A DNA stretch of 64,000 nucleotides from Nemertoderma westbladi (Eukaryota; Animalia; Xenacoelomorpha). Within the stretch, counting starts at the first letter, position 1. The number at the start of each line of letters is the position of its first letter. The notes beneath the pieces were generated by a model. It ran no database searches. It was not told where the DNA came from and saw only the letters and a list, made by a program, of their open reading frames with translations. The stretch spans positions 15,264-79,263 of the forward strand of contig JAUCBJ010000166.1 in assembly GCA_032718475.1 (NCBI GenBank), given 5' to 3'. Below, in pieces: positions 13,355 to 26,684 of this stretch. Made by a program: the position numbers and the translations under genes.

Positions 13355-14225
13355 ACGTTCGTGGGGCCTTCGCGCAGCACGAGGCCCAGTTATGAGATAC
13401 AAATTAAAATTGTGCGACTGTATCACAAAATCAGGTTATGAGAGATTAACCAACACCACCAATTAGGGGCCGTCCAAGTATGACGTCAGCACTTTAGGGG
13501 GGGGGAGGGGGGTTGGGAAAATCTGATGACGTGCTGATGAGGGGAGGGGAGGGGGTCAGCCAAAATCTGACGTCAGCATGTTCATTTATAGGTGCTAGAA
13601 GAGATATAGCAGACGAGTAAATAGCTTGCTATTTTAATTGTTTCAGTTAATTGTTTAACTGTTTCAGTTACCAGTCACCATGTTGCAGTGATTAGGACGC
13701 GTGCTACTGGGGTACTGCGGTACTGGGGTTCGCCTGAAAATGAAACATCTTCATAATAAAAAAAAATAAAATAAAAAATTTTCGTAATAAACTATTAAGT
13801 TTATTACAAATTTTTTTTAATCTGATTTAGGGGGGGGGGGGGGGTCAACGCCTATCTGATGACATCTGATTTAGGGGAGGGAGGGGGTCAAAATTTTCGG
13901 GAAAAGTGCAGACGTCATACTTGGACGGCCCCTTAATCAAAGAAAGGGGGACAGTACGTGTTCACCCCTTTTAATCTGCACCCCCCCCCCCCCCCTCCCT
14001 TCCCACCCACCAATACATAACCGCGACATCTACCACCCACGGAAGGGTAGCACGAACTTATTTCCAAACGCACGTTCAATATGCAAAGCCAGGTGGTTTA
14101 TAGGAATATAATCAATGCAGTACTCGTCTTCATTATAAGCCTCTTTGCGTTCGACCTGTTTTGTATTAAAATATATTTATTAAACGCAGGCTGACGCTCT
14201 TTATAATAATAATACCTAGGGATGC
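13353..14225 (+). mobile_element. Left module of the conserved-end element (matches 9381-9810), interrupted by a MITE
   Basis: Begins acacgttcgtggggccttcgcgcagcacgaggcc and is colinear with copy 1 either side of the insertion. Confidence 0.8.
13466..13932. mobile_element. PIF/Harbinger-type MITE (467 bp)
   Basis: 30-bp TIR ggggccgtccaagtatgacgtc(a/t)gcacttt, TTA on both flanks; the insertion is absent from sibling copies at ~9490 and ~18015. Confidence 0.85.
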
Positions 14226-15869
14226 CAGCTTCCAGACTTTCAATCTTTACTGCCGCGCAAACCCCGCAGAGGAAGTTTTGGTTTGAGAGATCAAGCCCAT
14301 CGGGCGATTATTGAAAAATGGTCACACTTCACATCAAAAAATTAACATCCCCATCACCAAAAATGGTTTCCATATCCTAAAAGTATGGTATCTAAAGTGT
14401 AGGAAATGGGTATGGATGAGTAAATATTTGATCGCTTAGAAAAAATACTGGGATGTAAAGTCTGCTGAAAATTGATAACATAATTATCCTAATAATTTAC
14501 GTTTTTAAAAGTAATTTAAAAATATTATGGTATACATTACCATGCAAAATGCATGCATATTTTGGAAGCACCACTGCAGTAAACCATTTCACAAAAATAA
14601 TTATTGGATTTCAGTAAGCCATCTTACGGAAACAAATGATTTGCTCACTAGTGCTGGAAATTCCGTCAGTCACAGAAATTAGCAGTAAAGTTTAGTTATT
14701 CTGAAACAGAAAGGCTTTCTGGCAAACTTTCTTATCCACAAATTCAGATATTCTCCTGACCACAATGCATGACAAGGACTTTGCTGTGAAATTAGCGTAG
14801 GCTGACTGGTGACTGATGAATTATCAAATATTATATTTTCCATGAATGCAGGGTCCATATTTAAAAGAAGATGACTAGATTTTCGTAAAGAATTTAATTG
14901 AAACAGTATTTAATAATAAATAAATTAATTATCGCTCGAGTTCCTGCAGCTTTTATTCGTGGCAGGAATGTTTGAACGCTAATAAGTCGGTCAATCATGG
15001 ATGAAATGGAACCAAACTTGGTACACTTGTAGTCTTAAAAAAATTTAGAAATTCTACACACAGACAGACTTCTACAGTTCCCCGGTCTGCCGCTAGGGGG
15101 CGAATTAACAGAAACGTAAAAATAGCTGTAATTATAGAACCAACGATCAGATTCATCTGAAATTTAGTAGTAGTTACCTAAGAGCATTGCTTAATTAGAA
15201 ATTCTACAGAGACTTTTACAGTTCCTGTCTGCCGCTAGTGGGGAATTGTTAGAGCTCCAGTTCAACGTGCTTAGCACGGTTTAATAAACAATCAATTAAT
15301 TATTTTATTCAATACAGTAATTATAACAGTAAAATGCAATGTATTCTATTTTTTAGTGAAATCAAGAGATAGGAGGGGGGTGGGACTGGACGCAAATCCC
15401 ATCTTGGCGAATTAATATCCCGCCTCAATATTAATTTCTAAATTTTGGGAAAGGAGCAGCGTCTACAGTGGCACGTTATTTTAACCAAAACAATAAAGTA
15501 AACACAATAGAACAGGTTACAGTTTTATTTTTGAGAGTAATCAGCTGTTGTTATTTGCGTCCAATTTCCCCTGGAGAGGGATGAATTTTTACTATCTTGA
15601 AATCAAATACCAAAAATATATTTATTATATGAACAATCTATTTGGAAATTGTAAGTTCGGCCTATCTCTTTACCATAAGCTCAGTATCTTTATTGGTGTG
15701 TTTTTATTATTTTACCAATTATTTAATATGTTTGATAGAATTGAACAACACCGCCCAACACAACCAACTCTCTATCCGCCTCGAGCATCGAGAATACGAG
15801 AAACTCGATCGAAATACCTGCTTATCCCAGTAGTATCCGTCCGTAGTCTAGTCACCGGACCGCTGCGGT

Positions 15870-16350
15870 TTACTCCCGTAGAACAGTAGAATTCCCGCAG
15901 CTTCCGACCCAATTCGACAACGAATTCGCTTCACACTTCCGCGTCACAGAGAACGTAATCCAGTGCGATAACGTCTGCCCAACGTTCAACCATTTCCCCC
16001 AGGCGATCCCAGGATCCGGGCCGCCGCTAAACCCAGATCGCAATCCTCGTCGATTCGTCCAGTCGTCGACGTAAGTCAGTAAGTGGGACTCTTCCCACCG
16101 CACTCCAAGGTGGGTGACCGGAGTGAGGCATGATGAACTTGGCAGTGGCCCGCATTACGATCTGACCGACCGCCGTATTCCCAGTGTCTGAGTGTAGTAA
16201 ATACCCAAATAGAATCGTACTGACAAACAAGCAATTCCGTAGTATTCCCCCGTTAATCACCTCTTGAAGCAACTCGGCTGCTCGGGTCCAGATACATCGG
16301 ACTGTCGGGAGCGTTTCAGACATCAGACAGTAATGGAGCGGCATTTGCGA
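15870..16350 (-). mobile_element. Possible decayed 3' end of an L1/Tx1-type LINE ORF2
   Basis: GC-richer island; minus-strand peptides ET..PTVRCIW...ILFG...AKFI and AWGKW resemble the region after the zf-RVT motif. Resemblance only. Confidence 0.35.
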
Positions 16351-17189
16351 ATATTTCCAATGGTTTTATAATAAATAAGGGGATTCAACAGTTCAATGCT
16401 AAAACAAATGGATTATTCCTAACCCCACCCCAATACAGCAATATACCTAACAGTATATAGCTTAGGTACCACAGTCTGACTAGCTTTAAATATTAGAGTA
16501 TGAAAATTATTATAGGACCCTCATGGAAACGAGGTATATACCTCATGAGGCTATCCTTACACCAGAACCCTTTATTTAAGTAAATAAACATTTTATAAGT
16601 TGACTATCTACATAAATCAGTATTGGTGCTCCTAAATATCTAGTGTTATTAGGCCTACTTGTACTGTAGGCCTAATATCGTAACGTAATCTTTATAAATG
16701 TATTATTGTGAATTTTAAAAGGTTTAATTATGTGTAAAAAACAATCAATCAATCAAACCATAATCAGCACAGTCAGCCTACGCATGGGTGGTACCTACGG
16801 TGCGCACTACAACGGCTGAACGGCAGTACAGCAATACGGTGTACCGTGCCAATGACTGAATGATTAGCGGTAACTACTGAACTATCTAAACTATTATATT
16901 ATTATTACCGGTACTAGGCTAATTAGGCCTAAACTATAATCACCGCAAGGGTTTCCGGGGCCATGTTTAGATTACATGATATGGCATGTCTGCAGTGTAT
17001 GGTACCGGCTGACCTGTATTACAGCCTGACAGTACCGGTACAAATGGTACATGCAGATTGGCAGACAGCCCCTATGTTTTGCAAAATTTGTCAGAAAACC
17101 AGCTGATTTATCCTACAGTAATAATAATTTAACGCATGTTAATTTTGGATAAATAAATATATTATAACTACAATAACAGTTACACTGAT

Positions 17190-18129
17190 GCTGCACGAAG
17201 GCCCCACGCAAATTCTACTTGGAAAATTTTCAAACTTTTGCCAAACAACATGTGTACCAAGTTTGGATAGATTTCATCAAGGATTGGCCGAGTTATTAAC
17301 GTTTAAAATAAAATACTGAAAAAAAACGCGACAGAACGACAGAACGACAGAACGACAGAACGACAGAACGACAGAACGACAGGTTGATTAATGGTACCAC
17401 TACGCTAAGGCTCTCTCACTTCGTGGCTCGCCCCACATTAATTTAATATTATTTCAATACCCATATTACTACATCGGCATAAGATGCGTTGGCGTTGTAT
17501 CACACATCTCCACATATCACACATATCCACATAGATGTATCAACAGTTACTGGCACAGTTTCGAAATTTCGCATAGTTATAACTGTATAAAGATCGTCAG
17601 TCTGCGTTTAGGAAAAATATTTTATAACAAAACAGGACAAGCGACGAGCGCAACGAGGCATATAATGAAGACGAGTACTGCGTTGACTAAATTATTATAT
17701 AAACCACCTGGCTTCACATATTGATCGCATCCCTAGTTATTATTATTATAAAGAACGTCCTAGCCTGCGTTTAAGAAATATATTTAAATACAAAACAGGA
17801 CGAACGCAACGAGGCTTATAATGAATACGAGTACTGCGTTTATTATATTCCTATAAACCACCTGGCTTTGCATATTGAACGTGCGATTGGAAATAAGTTC
17901 GTGCTACCCTTCCGTGGGTGGTAGATGTCGCGGTTATGTATTGGTGGTTGGGAAGGGTGGGGGGGGGGGGGGGGGGATTAAAAGGGGTGAACACGTACTG
18001 TCCCCCTTTCTTTGATTGATTGGTGGTGTGGGTAAATTTCTCAAAACCTGATTTTGTGATACAGTCGCTCAATTTTAATTTGTATCTTATAACTGGGCCT
18101 CGTGCTGCGCGAAGGCCCCACGAACGTGT
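17190..18129 (-). mobile_element. Rearranged copy of conserved-end element: right-end piece (+, 17190-17437) abutting inverted left module (-, 17438-18129)
   Basis: 17210-17437 matches ~10773-10964; 17438-18129 is the reverse complement of 9381-10100. Confidence 0.8.
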
Positions 18130-20329
18130 ACTATCCCGTCTTTCACTCGTGTAATGCATAATATTGTATTCTTAATTTGGTAATTTTTGTGATTTTATTC
18201 TATAATATTATATAATAGCTCTTTTACTTTTCAAGTTATAACCATTTCCATTTAGGGAGACCTATTTAAATAACTATTACTATGAATAATGAAAGGTCTA
18301 TTATATCAATATTTCTTTTATGAAATCATCAACATCAAAACCCTACTACTTCTACAATTTTTGAGCAATTTGCCTGAAAATTTCTGTGAGTGTCTACATA
18401 GCCACCCTGCATAAAAGTATTAGTCAACGTCTTAACATATTTGGTTTATAAAATTTAATACTATTTATAACAAACCCAAAAATTAGCATAAATTTGCAGC
18501 GCCACCTAGCCGTGCAGGTTCATTTTCACAAAATTTCGCCTGATGTTATGCAGCCCCATCCTTGAACTATCATTTTTAACACTTTCATGTGATTAAAGTT
18601 AAAACTGTAAAAGCCTTAGGATTTTAAGCGCAACCTGTTAACCTGTATTTCCTTGTTAAGTAGTATTAACTAATATTAAATAACATTTTTCTGACCTGTA
18701 ATCTATAATAGCATCTTAGGTAGGCCTACCTATATGCCAAATTATAGCCAAAACCAAACAATTTTGAAACGCCTGGGAGTGATAAATCGAAGAGTTGTCA
18801 AAAATGATGCACCCCCCCCCCCCCCCCCCCCTAGTATAAATTGTACTATATGTTGAACTCTTTCTGTAATTTAAATTTTATTTTTAATGTAATTTAAATT
18901 AATTGGTGTATCTATTTTGTCTTAATTCCTATAAATAAGCTTAATAAGTTTAATTGTTGTGTATTTTACGCTGATAACAATATAACTGTTCATCATATAT
19001 TTAATTATTTTGATTATTACATATATCTAAAATTGCACGAGATATTAAAGTATTTTCATGCAGAAATATATCTATCTGTTCGGATAAATTGGGAATTAGT
19101 TTTGGGTTTGCTAAACGTTTTCAAAGATTAACTGGTTGAAATAATAAAAAATGAAAAACATGTACCGAAAAAGTTAAGAGTAAAGGGGAGGAGTGACTTT
19201 ACTAAAATGTTATTACGGACTGCGGCAGGCGAGCAACACGGGGGAGTGTGCATATTACACGTCCACCGGAAACAACCGCGGAAACAATAAGAGATTGTGA
19301 GAGAGAAGGGTTGCCCACGCTGTCAGCCATACAAGTTAGATCCCCAACGAAATACTCAGATAGGGTTGTCATTGAGAAGCCCATAAATGTAGGTAAAACT
19401 CTTCGGCTTACAATCCCCATATATAAAAAAGTATATTATAACAACAATGTTATATGAAATATTTTTCGGATATTTGTAGCACTAAAGCTGAGCTGGGAAC
19501 AGGATGGGATTGGGTTGAGCGGGTGTTCTCTCCGTTGTTGCTATTAAATGGAGTTTCATTTTGGTTGGTTGTTATGTCCCTGTCCCAATTCAATTGTTTT
19601 TGTTTTTTATATCACATTATCATATAAATTAATTTCATCGATATTATTACCAAAACCACGAAAGTACAGATACTGAGTTGTAGCCGTAATTATATTTTTA
19701 TTCCTTTACGGAGTCAATGTCTTTTATAATCGGTGCATTCTGGTTACTAAGCTACGCCACGCCTTAAAACCTTCTGACAGAAACAGAGTTGGTTCTTAGT
19801 TAGTTGGGCTGACATCAGTTCTCATAGAACAATACATTTATTGTGCTCTTCTACCCCATATAAATAAGGATAACCGCGCCCTGGAAACATTTCACGACCT
19901 ACGAAAATATTATTTTATGATGTTTATAAATAAAAATTAAAAATTCAAATAAATTTTTTTTTATAGAAAATTAACTTTCTCCCGTTGAATTTTTTCAAAA
20001 CCAGTGAAAAAAAATAATTTTCAGTCAATAGTATTACTTTCTTGCACTTAATTTAGTGATAGAAAGACTTTACATAGCTGTTTAATTATTTAATTTTGTT
20101 ATGATAAAAACGTTTTAATTTTATTAAAGTTGTTTATTTACTTTTCATATAATATAGAGCCCTATACAAAAGGCACTAAAAGAAGGCGTTCCAGTTTTAG
20201 TAAATTTAAAAACGAACCTTCGAATTGAATCCCCACAACTAAGCAGCAGTGGTATTCGCTAAATCAGACCTTTGGACTTGAAACTAAATAAACACCTTGG
20301 AATTTTGAATCCCCAATCACATTCCGATC

Positions 20330-21785
20330 TGCAACTCAATCCCCAATTACAATCAGTAGCAACTCAATCCCCATCTACAGACCGTAGCAATCCTCAGCTA
20401 CAGACCGTAGCAACTCAATCCCCAATGACAAGTAGTAGCAACTCAATCCCCATCTACAGACCGTAGCAACTCAATCCCCAATGACAGACAAGTACTAGCA
20501 ACTCAATGCCCACCTACAAGCTGTAGCAACTCAATCCCCAACTAGAGACCGTAGCAACTCAATCCCCAATGACAAGTAGTAGCAACTCAATGCCCACCTA
20601 CAAGCTGTAGCAACTCAATCCCCAACTAGAGACCGTAGCAACTCAATCCCCAACTACAGACCGTAGCAACTCAATCCCCAACTAGAGACCGTAGCAACTC
20701 AATCCCCAATGACAAGTAGTAGCAACTCAATGCCCCCCTACAAGCTGTAGCAACTCAATCCCCAACTAGAGACCGTAGCAACTCTATCCCCAATGACAAG
20801 TAGTAGCAACTCAATGCCCACCTGTAAGTAGTAGCAACTCAATCCCCAACTAGAGACCGTAGCAACTCAAACCCCAATGACAAGTAATAGCAACTCAATG
20901 CCCACCTACAAGCTGTAGCAACTCAATCCCCAACTAGATAACGTAGCAACTCAATCCCCAATGACAAGTAGTAGCAACTCAATGCCCACCTACAAGCTGT
21001 AGCAACTCAATCCCCAACTAGAGACCGTAGCAACTCAATCCCCAATGACAAGTAGTAGCAACTCAATGCCCACCTACAAGTAGTAGCAACTCAATCCCCA
21101 TCTACAGACCGTAGCAACTCAATCCCCAATGACAGACAAGTAGTAGCAACTCAATGCCCACCTACAAGCTGTAGCAACTCAATCCCCAACTAGAGACCGT
21201 AGCAACTCAATCCCCAATGACAAGTAGTAGCAACTCAATGCCCACCTACAAGCTTTAGCTACTCAATCCCCAACTAGAGACCGTAGCAACTCAATCCCCA
21301 ACTACAGACCGTAGCAACTCAATGCCACCTACAAGCAGTAGCAACTCAATCCCCAACTAGAGACCGTAGCAACTCAATCCCCAATGACAAGTAGTAGCAA
21401 CTCAATCCCCATCTACAGGCCGTAGCAACTCAATCCCCAATGACAAGTAGTAGCAACTCAATCCCCATCTACAGACCGTAGCAACTCTATCCCCAATGAC
21501 AAGTAGTAGCAACTCAATGCCACCTACAAGCAGTAGCAACTCAATCCCCAACTAGAGACCGTAGCAACTCAATCCCCAATGACAAGTAGTAGCAACTCAA
21601 TCCCCATCTACAGACCGTAGCAACTCAATCCCCAATGACAAGTAGTAGCAACTAATCCCCATCTACAGACCGTAGCAACTCAATCCCCAATGACAAGTAG
21701 TAGCAACTCAATGCCCACCTACAAGCAGTAGCAACTCACTGCTCAACTACAGACCGTAGCAACTCAATTCCCACCTCTACAGACA
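20330..21785. repeat. 28-bp minisatellite (~50 copies) with partial 84-bp higher-order period
   Basis: Core gtagcaactcaat(c/g)ccca; three variants (agacc-, aagta-, aagct-) cycle in order. Confidence 0.9.
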
Positions 21786-22713
21786 TTAGCATATGTATTC
21801 ATAAAAACTTTTACTCACCATATCTGATTCTGAGCGACCATATCCAGACTACGGCTTACTCTTTTGTCGTCACCCATTATTTTAGTATCATTTATTCATG
21901 AATTAAAATTACGTACAATATTAGATTGCGTCACAAATAATGTTGAGTATTAAAATTTCTATAATTCTACTAATTCCTAATTAAAATAATTACAAGAGTC
22001 TTCCCTGGCTGTTTGTACCAGGCCACAAAATTATAATGTGATGGGTAGCAGTAATAATTGTATGTCAATAGACCTAAGAAAATCATTATTAATTACTTGG
22101 CTAATAGTGGTCTTGCAAGGGCGACGACTAAACGCAGTTTAATCTCGTAATGTAACCCATTTTATTTGCAGCGGATTAGCGGGCTTAAATAATTGTATAT
22201 CGATCTCTAATATTTTGTGTACATCGGTTGCTATGAGATAGCTCAAGAGGATGCCATGCCATTCATCCATAAGATAGGAGGAGGGGGATGATTTCTATTT
22301 ATATGTTTATTAATATCTGAATGGGATTCAAATTGGCGGACAAGCGGAATATCCAAGGAGTTCAACCGATACCTTTCGTAACAACGGACAAAATGCAGTT
22401 AATAAATTATTGAATAAATGAATTATTATTTAAATTATTATGTTACATGGTTATAATATGAATTAAATATTTATCAGTTAATAATTAAAACATGAAATAC
22501 TAAAAGACGAATAAATAATTAATTAAATTACAAATATAATTAGGCTTATGGCAACCGCAGTCAGTTAGTTATTGATGGTTTTGTTAATATTATATAATAT
22601 AGATACAAACAACTGGTTCAATAGATGTGGCATTGGAAAATATGAAAACAAACTTATTTGAAGCGAAGGATAGAAAAATCATTTGGTTAATAAAACGGTA
22701 AATATTTCGAAAA

Positions 22714-24786
22714 ATGGTGGATACTGTTAATACGCCTGAAACAATTGCCCGGGATGTTGAGGAATTTACACAACTTGGAAACAGGGAGCTCATTAAAGGA
22801 GAGAACAATAAGGCATTAGAAGCTTTCAAGTTCGCTTACGAGTATTCATTGAAACTCAATAAACCCGCGACCCAACAAATGTGCGCCTTTAATTATGGAG
22901 TTGTTTGTAATATTCTTGGATTGCCTGAAAAGGCACTGGAACTTCTTTACTTGGCTCTTCCGCAAGGTAAGAGGACAACGAATTACGATAATATTTCGGA
23001 CACCTATTTCAATATCGCCCAAGCCTATGACAACCTGACAAACCAGGAGTCATCAATAACATACTACAAACTTGCTCTAAAGTCTTATACAAAACAAGGG
23101 GACTGTAAAATTGAGAAAGCGGATTGTCATATGAAGTTAGGGCGACTATATTTGAATAAAAATATGACTCTTGAAGCTCTTACTTCGTATACAGAGGCGG
23201 CTAAATTATATGAGAACTGCCTAATTTACTACGAAACCGTCGGCGCTTTGATTAGTCTTGCTCAAGTGAACTTAACTTGCGGCAATAAACGGGAATGTAG
23301 CGAGTTGTTACACAAATGTTTAGAGATTAGTAAACTTAAGCTAAAAGAAGATAAACTATCAAAAGTCTACAATCTTATAGGCATCACATGGACACGAACT
23401 AAAGATTATGACGCTGCCATACAGTGTTTTATTAACGCGTTGAAATTATGTCAAGGAAAGAATAACCTCCCAATAGAGGCGGTTTTGAACCAGAACTTGG
23501 GTGCGGTTTACAACACACTTGGACGCTATAAAAGAGCTATTAATTACCACACTGTCAGCGCTGAAATGTATCACGTACTGGATAATGCTAAATCAGAAGG
23601 AAGGTGTTACTGCAATCTCGCTTACGCTTATAGTAAATTAGCAAATTATGATGAAACAGAAGAAAGTTTCAAGAAGGCTTTGGAGACAACCGAAGTCGAC
23701 ATGGACAATATCACATCGTGGATCGCCCACGAAGGGCTGGGCGATTTATATATCCGCAAGTCGCAACCACAAGATGGAGTTCAGCACTTCACACAAGCTC
23801 TTTATGCGCATTCATTGTCAACAAACTCCAGTGGAGCTGTACGAGAAGTTTTAGTTAAGAAATTAACTAAGGCTCTTCAACAATATCCGAGTTTAAATTC
23901 CAGTACTCGAGAAGCAGAAAAAATAAAAGGTGAAAAGTATGAGAGCAATGTTTCTGAGAGTAAAGTATTGGAAAGACAAAAACAACAGTTAACCAACAAC
24001 AGTGTAAGTTACAATCACGAACAAAATAATATTGAGTTGACGCCAATTGATGATCCGGAAATTCATCAAAAACTCTTAAATCGGTTAGAAGATTTAGGTA
24101 GTTCTAACCAAGAGCCTTTATACACTGCTACGAAATCTAAAACGGGAGAAAAGGGTTTTGGTGATTCTCTTAATCATACATATTTGCAACCTTCAGATGC
24201 GGGTGGGATGGCAGCTGCCGCTGCTGATGAAATAGATGAGTTTGAAAATATGTACGAAACCCTAAAAAATCTACAGGGGAATCAATGTGCATCTTGCCAA
24301 TACGAACAACAAGAAAAATTAATGGGTGAATTTATAGAGGTAATGGATGCGAGGCGTGGTCGTGTGGCATGTCACAAATCGAGTGGCTTGCCGACGCAGG
24401 TCACCTGGGAAGATGATGTCATTTCGAGGGATATTAGCGCTATGCCACCCCCATTACCACCACGACGGTACCAAGTAGGGACTACAAGAGAGGTTCAGCA
24501 GGTCTCTCAGTTAGAAACTCAGACAGCCTCTCTGCCAGACACACATCCAGACCCTCAACCAGACACTCAGTCTGAACAACCTACTGTGGAGGAGGATGAT
24601 GAACTCACCGATTCAAGCCCCGTTAGAATAATTTCTTCCGAATTTCTAGGTTTGAACCGTCAAGAAATAGAAGCCAAGCTGCACAAATACCACGTTGATA
24701 TGTTGAATAGAAGAGATAAGTTTACTAACCGACAGCGAAAAAACTCTAATTCGTATTCACGCTCTCATACATGTGTGATTCTCTAA
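22714..24786 (+). CDS. TPR-repeat protein (TTC24/TTC28-like repeats) with low-complexity tail and C-terminal CaaX (CVIL); single coding exon
   Basis: 690-aa ORF; about 8 TPR-like units (YFNIAQAY, HMKLGRLY, YNLIGITW, NQNLGAVY, YCNLAYAY, HEGLGDLY); AATAAA overlaps the stop codon. Confidence 0.88.
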   Translation: MVDTVNTPETIARDVEEFTQLGNRELIKGENNKALEAFKFAYEYSLKLNKPATQQMCAFNYGVVCNILGLPEKALELLYLALPQGKRTTNYDNISDTYFNIAQAYDNLTNQESSITYYKLALKSYTKQGDCKIEKADCHMKLGRLYLNKNMTLEALTSYTEAAKLYENCLIYYETVGALISLAQVNLTCGNKRECSELLHKCLEISKLKLKEDKLSKVYNLIGITWTRTKDYDAAIQCFINALKLCQGKNNLPIEAVLNQNLGAVYNTLGRYKRAINYHTVSAEMYHVLDNAKSEGRCYCNLAYAYSKLANYDETEESFKKALETTEVDMDNITSWIAHEGLGDLYIRKSQPQDGVQHFTQALYAHSLSTNSSGAVREVLVKKLTKALQQYPSLNSSTREAEKIKGEKYESNVSESKVLERQKQQLTNNSVSYNHEQNNIELTPIDDPEIHQKLLNRLEDLGSSNQEPLYTATKSKTGEKGFGDSLNHTYLQPSDAGGMAAAAADEIDEFENMYETLKNLQGNQCASCQYEQQEKLMGEFIEVMDARRGRVACHKSSGLPTQVTWEDDVISRDISAMPPPLPPRRYQVGTTREVQQVSQLETQTASLPDTHPDPQPDTQSEQPTVEEDDELTDSSPVRIISSEFLGLNRQEIEAKLHKYHVDMLNRRDKFTNRQRKNSNSYSRSHTCVIL

Positions 24787-26200
24787 TAAAAAATAAAATG
24801 GCTTGTCATAATAATTATTTGTATAATTATTTTTGTAATTTGTCAATTATAAATCTTCGCTTAATCTTACCTTCATACTTTATATTGTGCTGTGAAATGA
24901 TTATAAAGTCACTAAAAACTTCAGGTCAACAAAAGGCAAAAATTGTAAGTAGATTTATTCGATACATGTAACAACTGGGAGTTCAGGGAAAATAGCTAGC
25001 AATCGCACAGCGACCGAATGATATATGTAATGTTGTAATCATCTAACAAATTTAAAAGCTGTTGTGATTATAGAAGATAGAGAGCAGTTAGCGAAATGAT
25101 TATTTTGTTCTATCGGATAGAGTAGTCAGAGAGGAGTCGAGGTGTCAATTGATTAATAATAATAACAGCAGTTGTCATGAATTCAATACAATCGCGCACA
25201 AGATGTGATAAGACAAATTCGTTCTTATTTTTTTAATAAATAAAACAAGTTGAGATGTTTCAATGTAAACCGCGATTAACAATTTACACTGTTCAATGTA
25301 AACCACGATATTAATTAAATACAACAATTATATTATTATTATAACTATTTCAAACTATAATGTTAGCCTTATGGAGAATCATTATGAGGCTGAGTAAACA
25401 TTCAGCCTTATAAGCATACAGCCTCCACAGTATTAATGTTGGCACAAAGATTTCAAAATAAAACAATAATTAGATGAGAGCACCGTGCAATCAATAGTAG
25501 CCAACACCCTGTGTAACTAACAGTTATTTAGCTTGCACGAAAATTAACATAGCAGAGTGAGTAACCTTGTACATTTTCCCATAGGATGTATTGGGAAGTG
25601 TTATTCAGCTGAGACTGTAATTGCCAGCTAAACCAGTTAATGTCTGCTTACTGTCTGGGTTGTAGAGTAGAGTGATAATACTTGGCACAGAAAGTACTTC
25701 TTTGTTAGTTGGCCTTCCTATTGAATGCATTACCAGGCCACCTCTATAAATTTTTCATGAGTGCCAGCTGGTGTTTTTATCATTGCGCCTATGGCAATTT
25801 TCGTGTTTTGGGGCTATTTTACGAAATAAAGCAAGTTGAGATGTTTCAATTTAAACCGCGATTTCACAAGTACACATAGAAATCTATTTCCAGGGTTCAT
25901 GCAAAATTTCATCGAAATCGTTTGCTTTAGGTCAGTAGTCAATAGTCAATAGTCAGTAGCCAGTAGCTTTTTTTTTCTTACAGTAATCAAGTCTAACGAC
26001 TTGCTAATAATCCTGTTACTGTACAGTAGTATTAACAACATTTTTTAACGGGGGTTGAACCAGCGCTATACGTACGTTTCAGCCTATCAGGCATCATCAG
26101 TAGCGCTAACCAGTATAGCCACTTGCCCCTGACATTTACTCTCCAACCTAATCCACTTCTATTGAACAGGCAGTCTTAAGTTGCATCACACATTACAGGT

Positions 26201-26356
26201 CTGGGGCGAGCCACGAAAGTAAGCGAGACACAAATTAGAGAACTATTATGAAAGGGGGGGGGGGGGGGGGGTGGCTGGGTGTGGGTGTGATGGAATCACT
26301 CAAATTTGTTCTCTCATAACTGAGCCTTGTGCTGCGAGGAAGACTCACGAACGTGT
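26201..26356 (-). mobile_element. Minimal (~155 bp) member of conserved-end element family
   Basis: tggggcgagccacgaa at one end and gtgctgcgaggaagactcacgaacgtgt at the other are reverse complements of the family termini. Confidence 0.6.
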
Positions 26357-26684
26357 GTATTCGATATTCATAGATCTAGCTACGCGAGTGACATAATATG
26401 TAATATGACATAATACTAGGGATGGTATTCAAGCAAGCTAGTGAAAATCAATTAGTCAACTAAAGGTAAAGAATATTTACAGATACAGTGACATGATACA
26501 TGAAAGCAGCAATTACTTTGCTTACGGGGAAAGGGAGTAACGCTGCTGTGTTGCCTTTCATTTGGATTGTGATGGATGGTATTGTTGAAGCTTTTATAAT
26601 TCTTTGTTTATTACTCAATATATAGTGTTTAGTTTCTGTTCACGTGTGTATGGAGCTTGGGATAATTAGTCAAGCCAGGAAACG

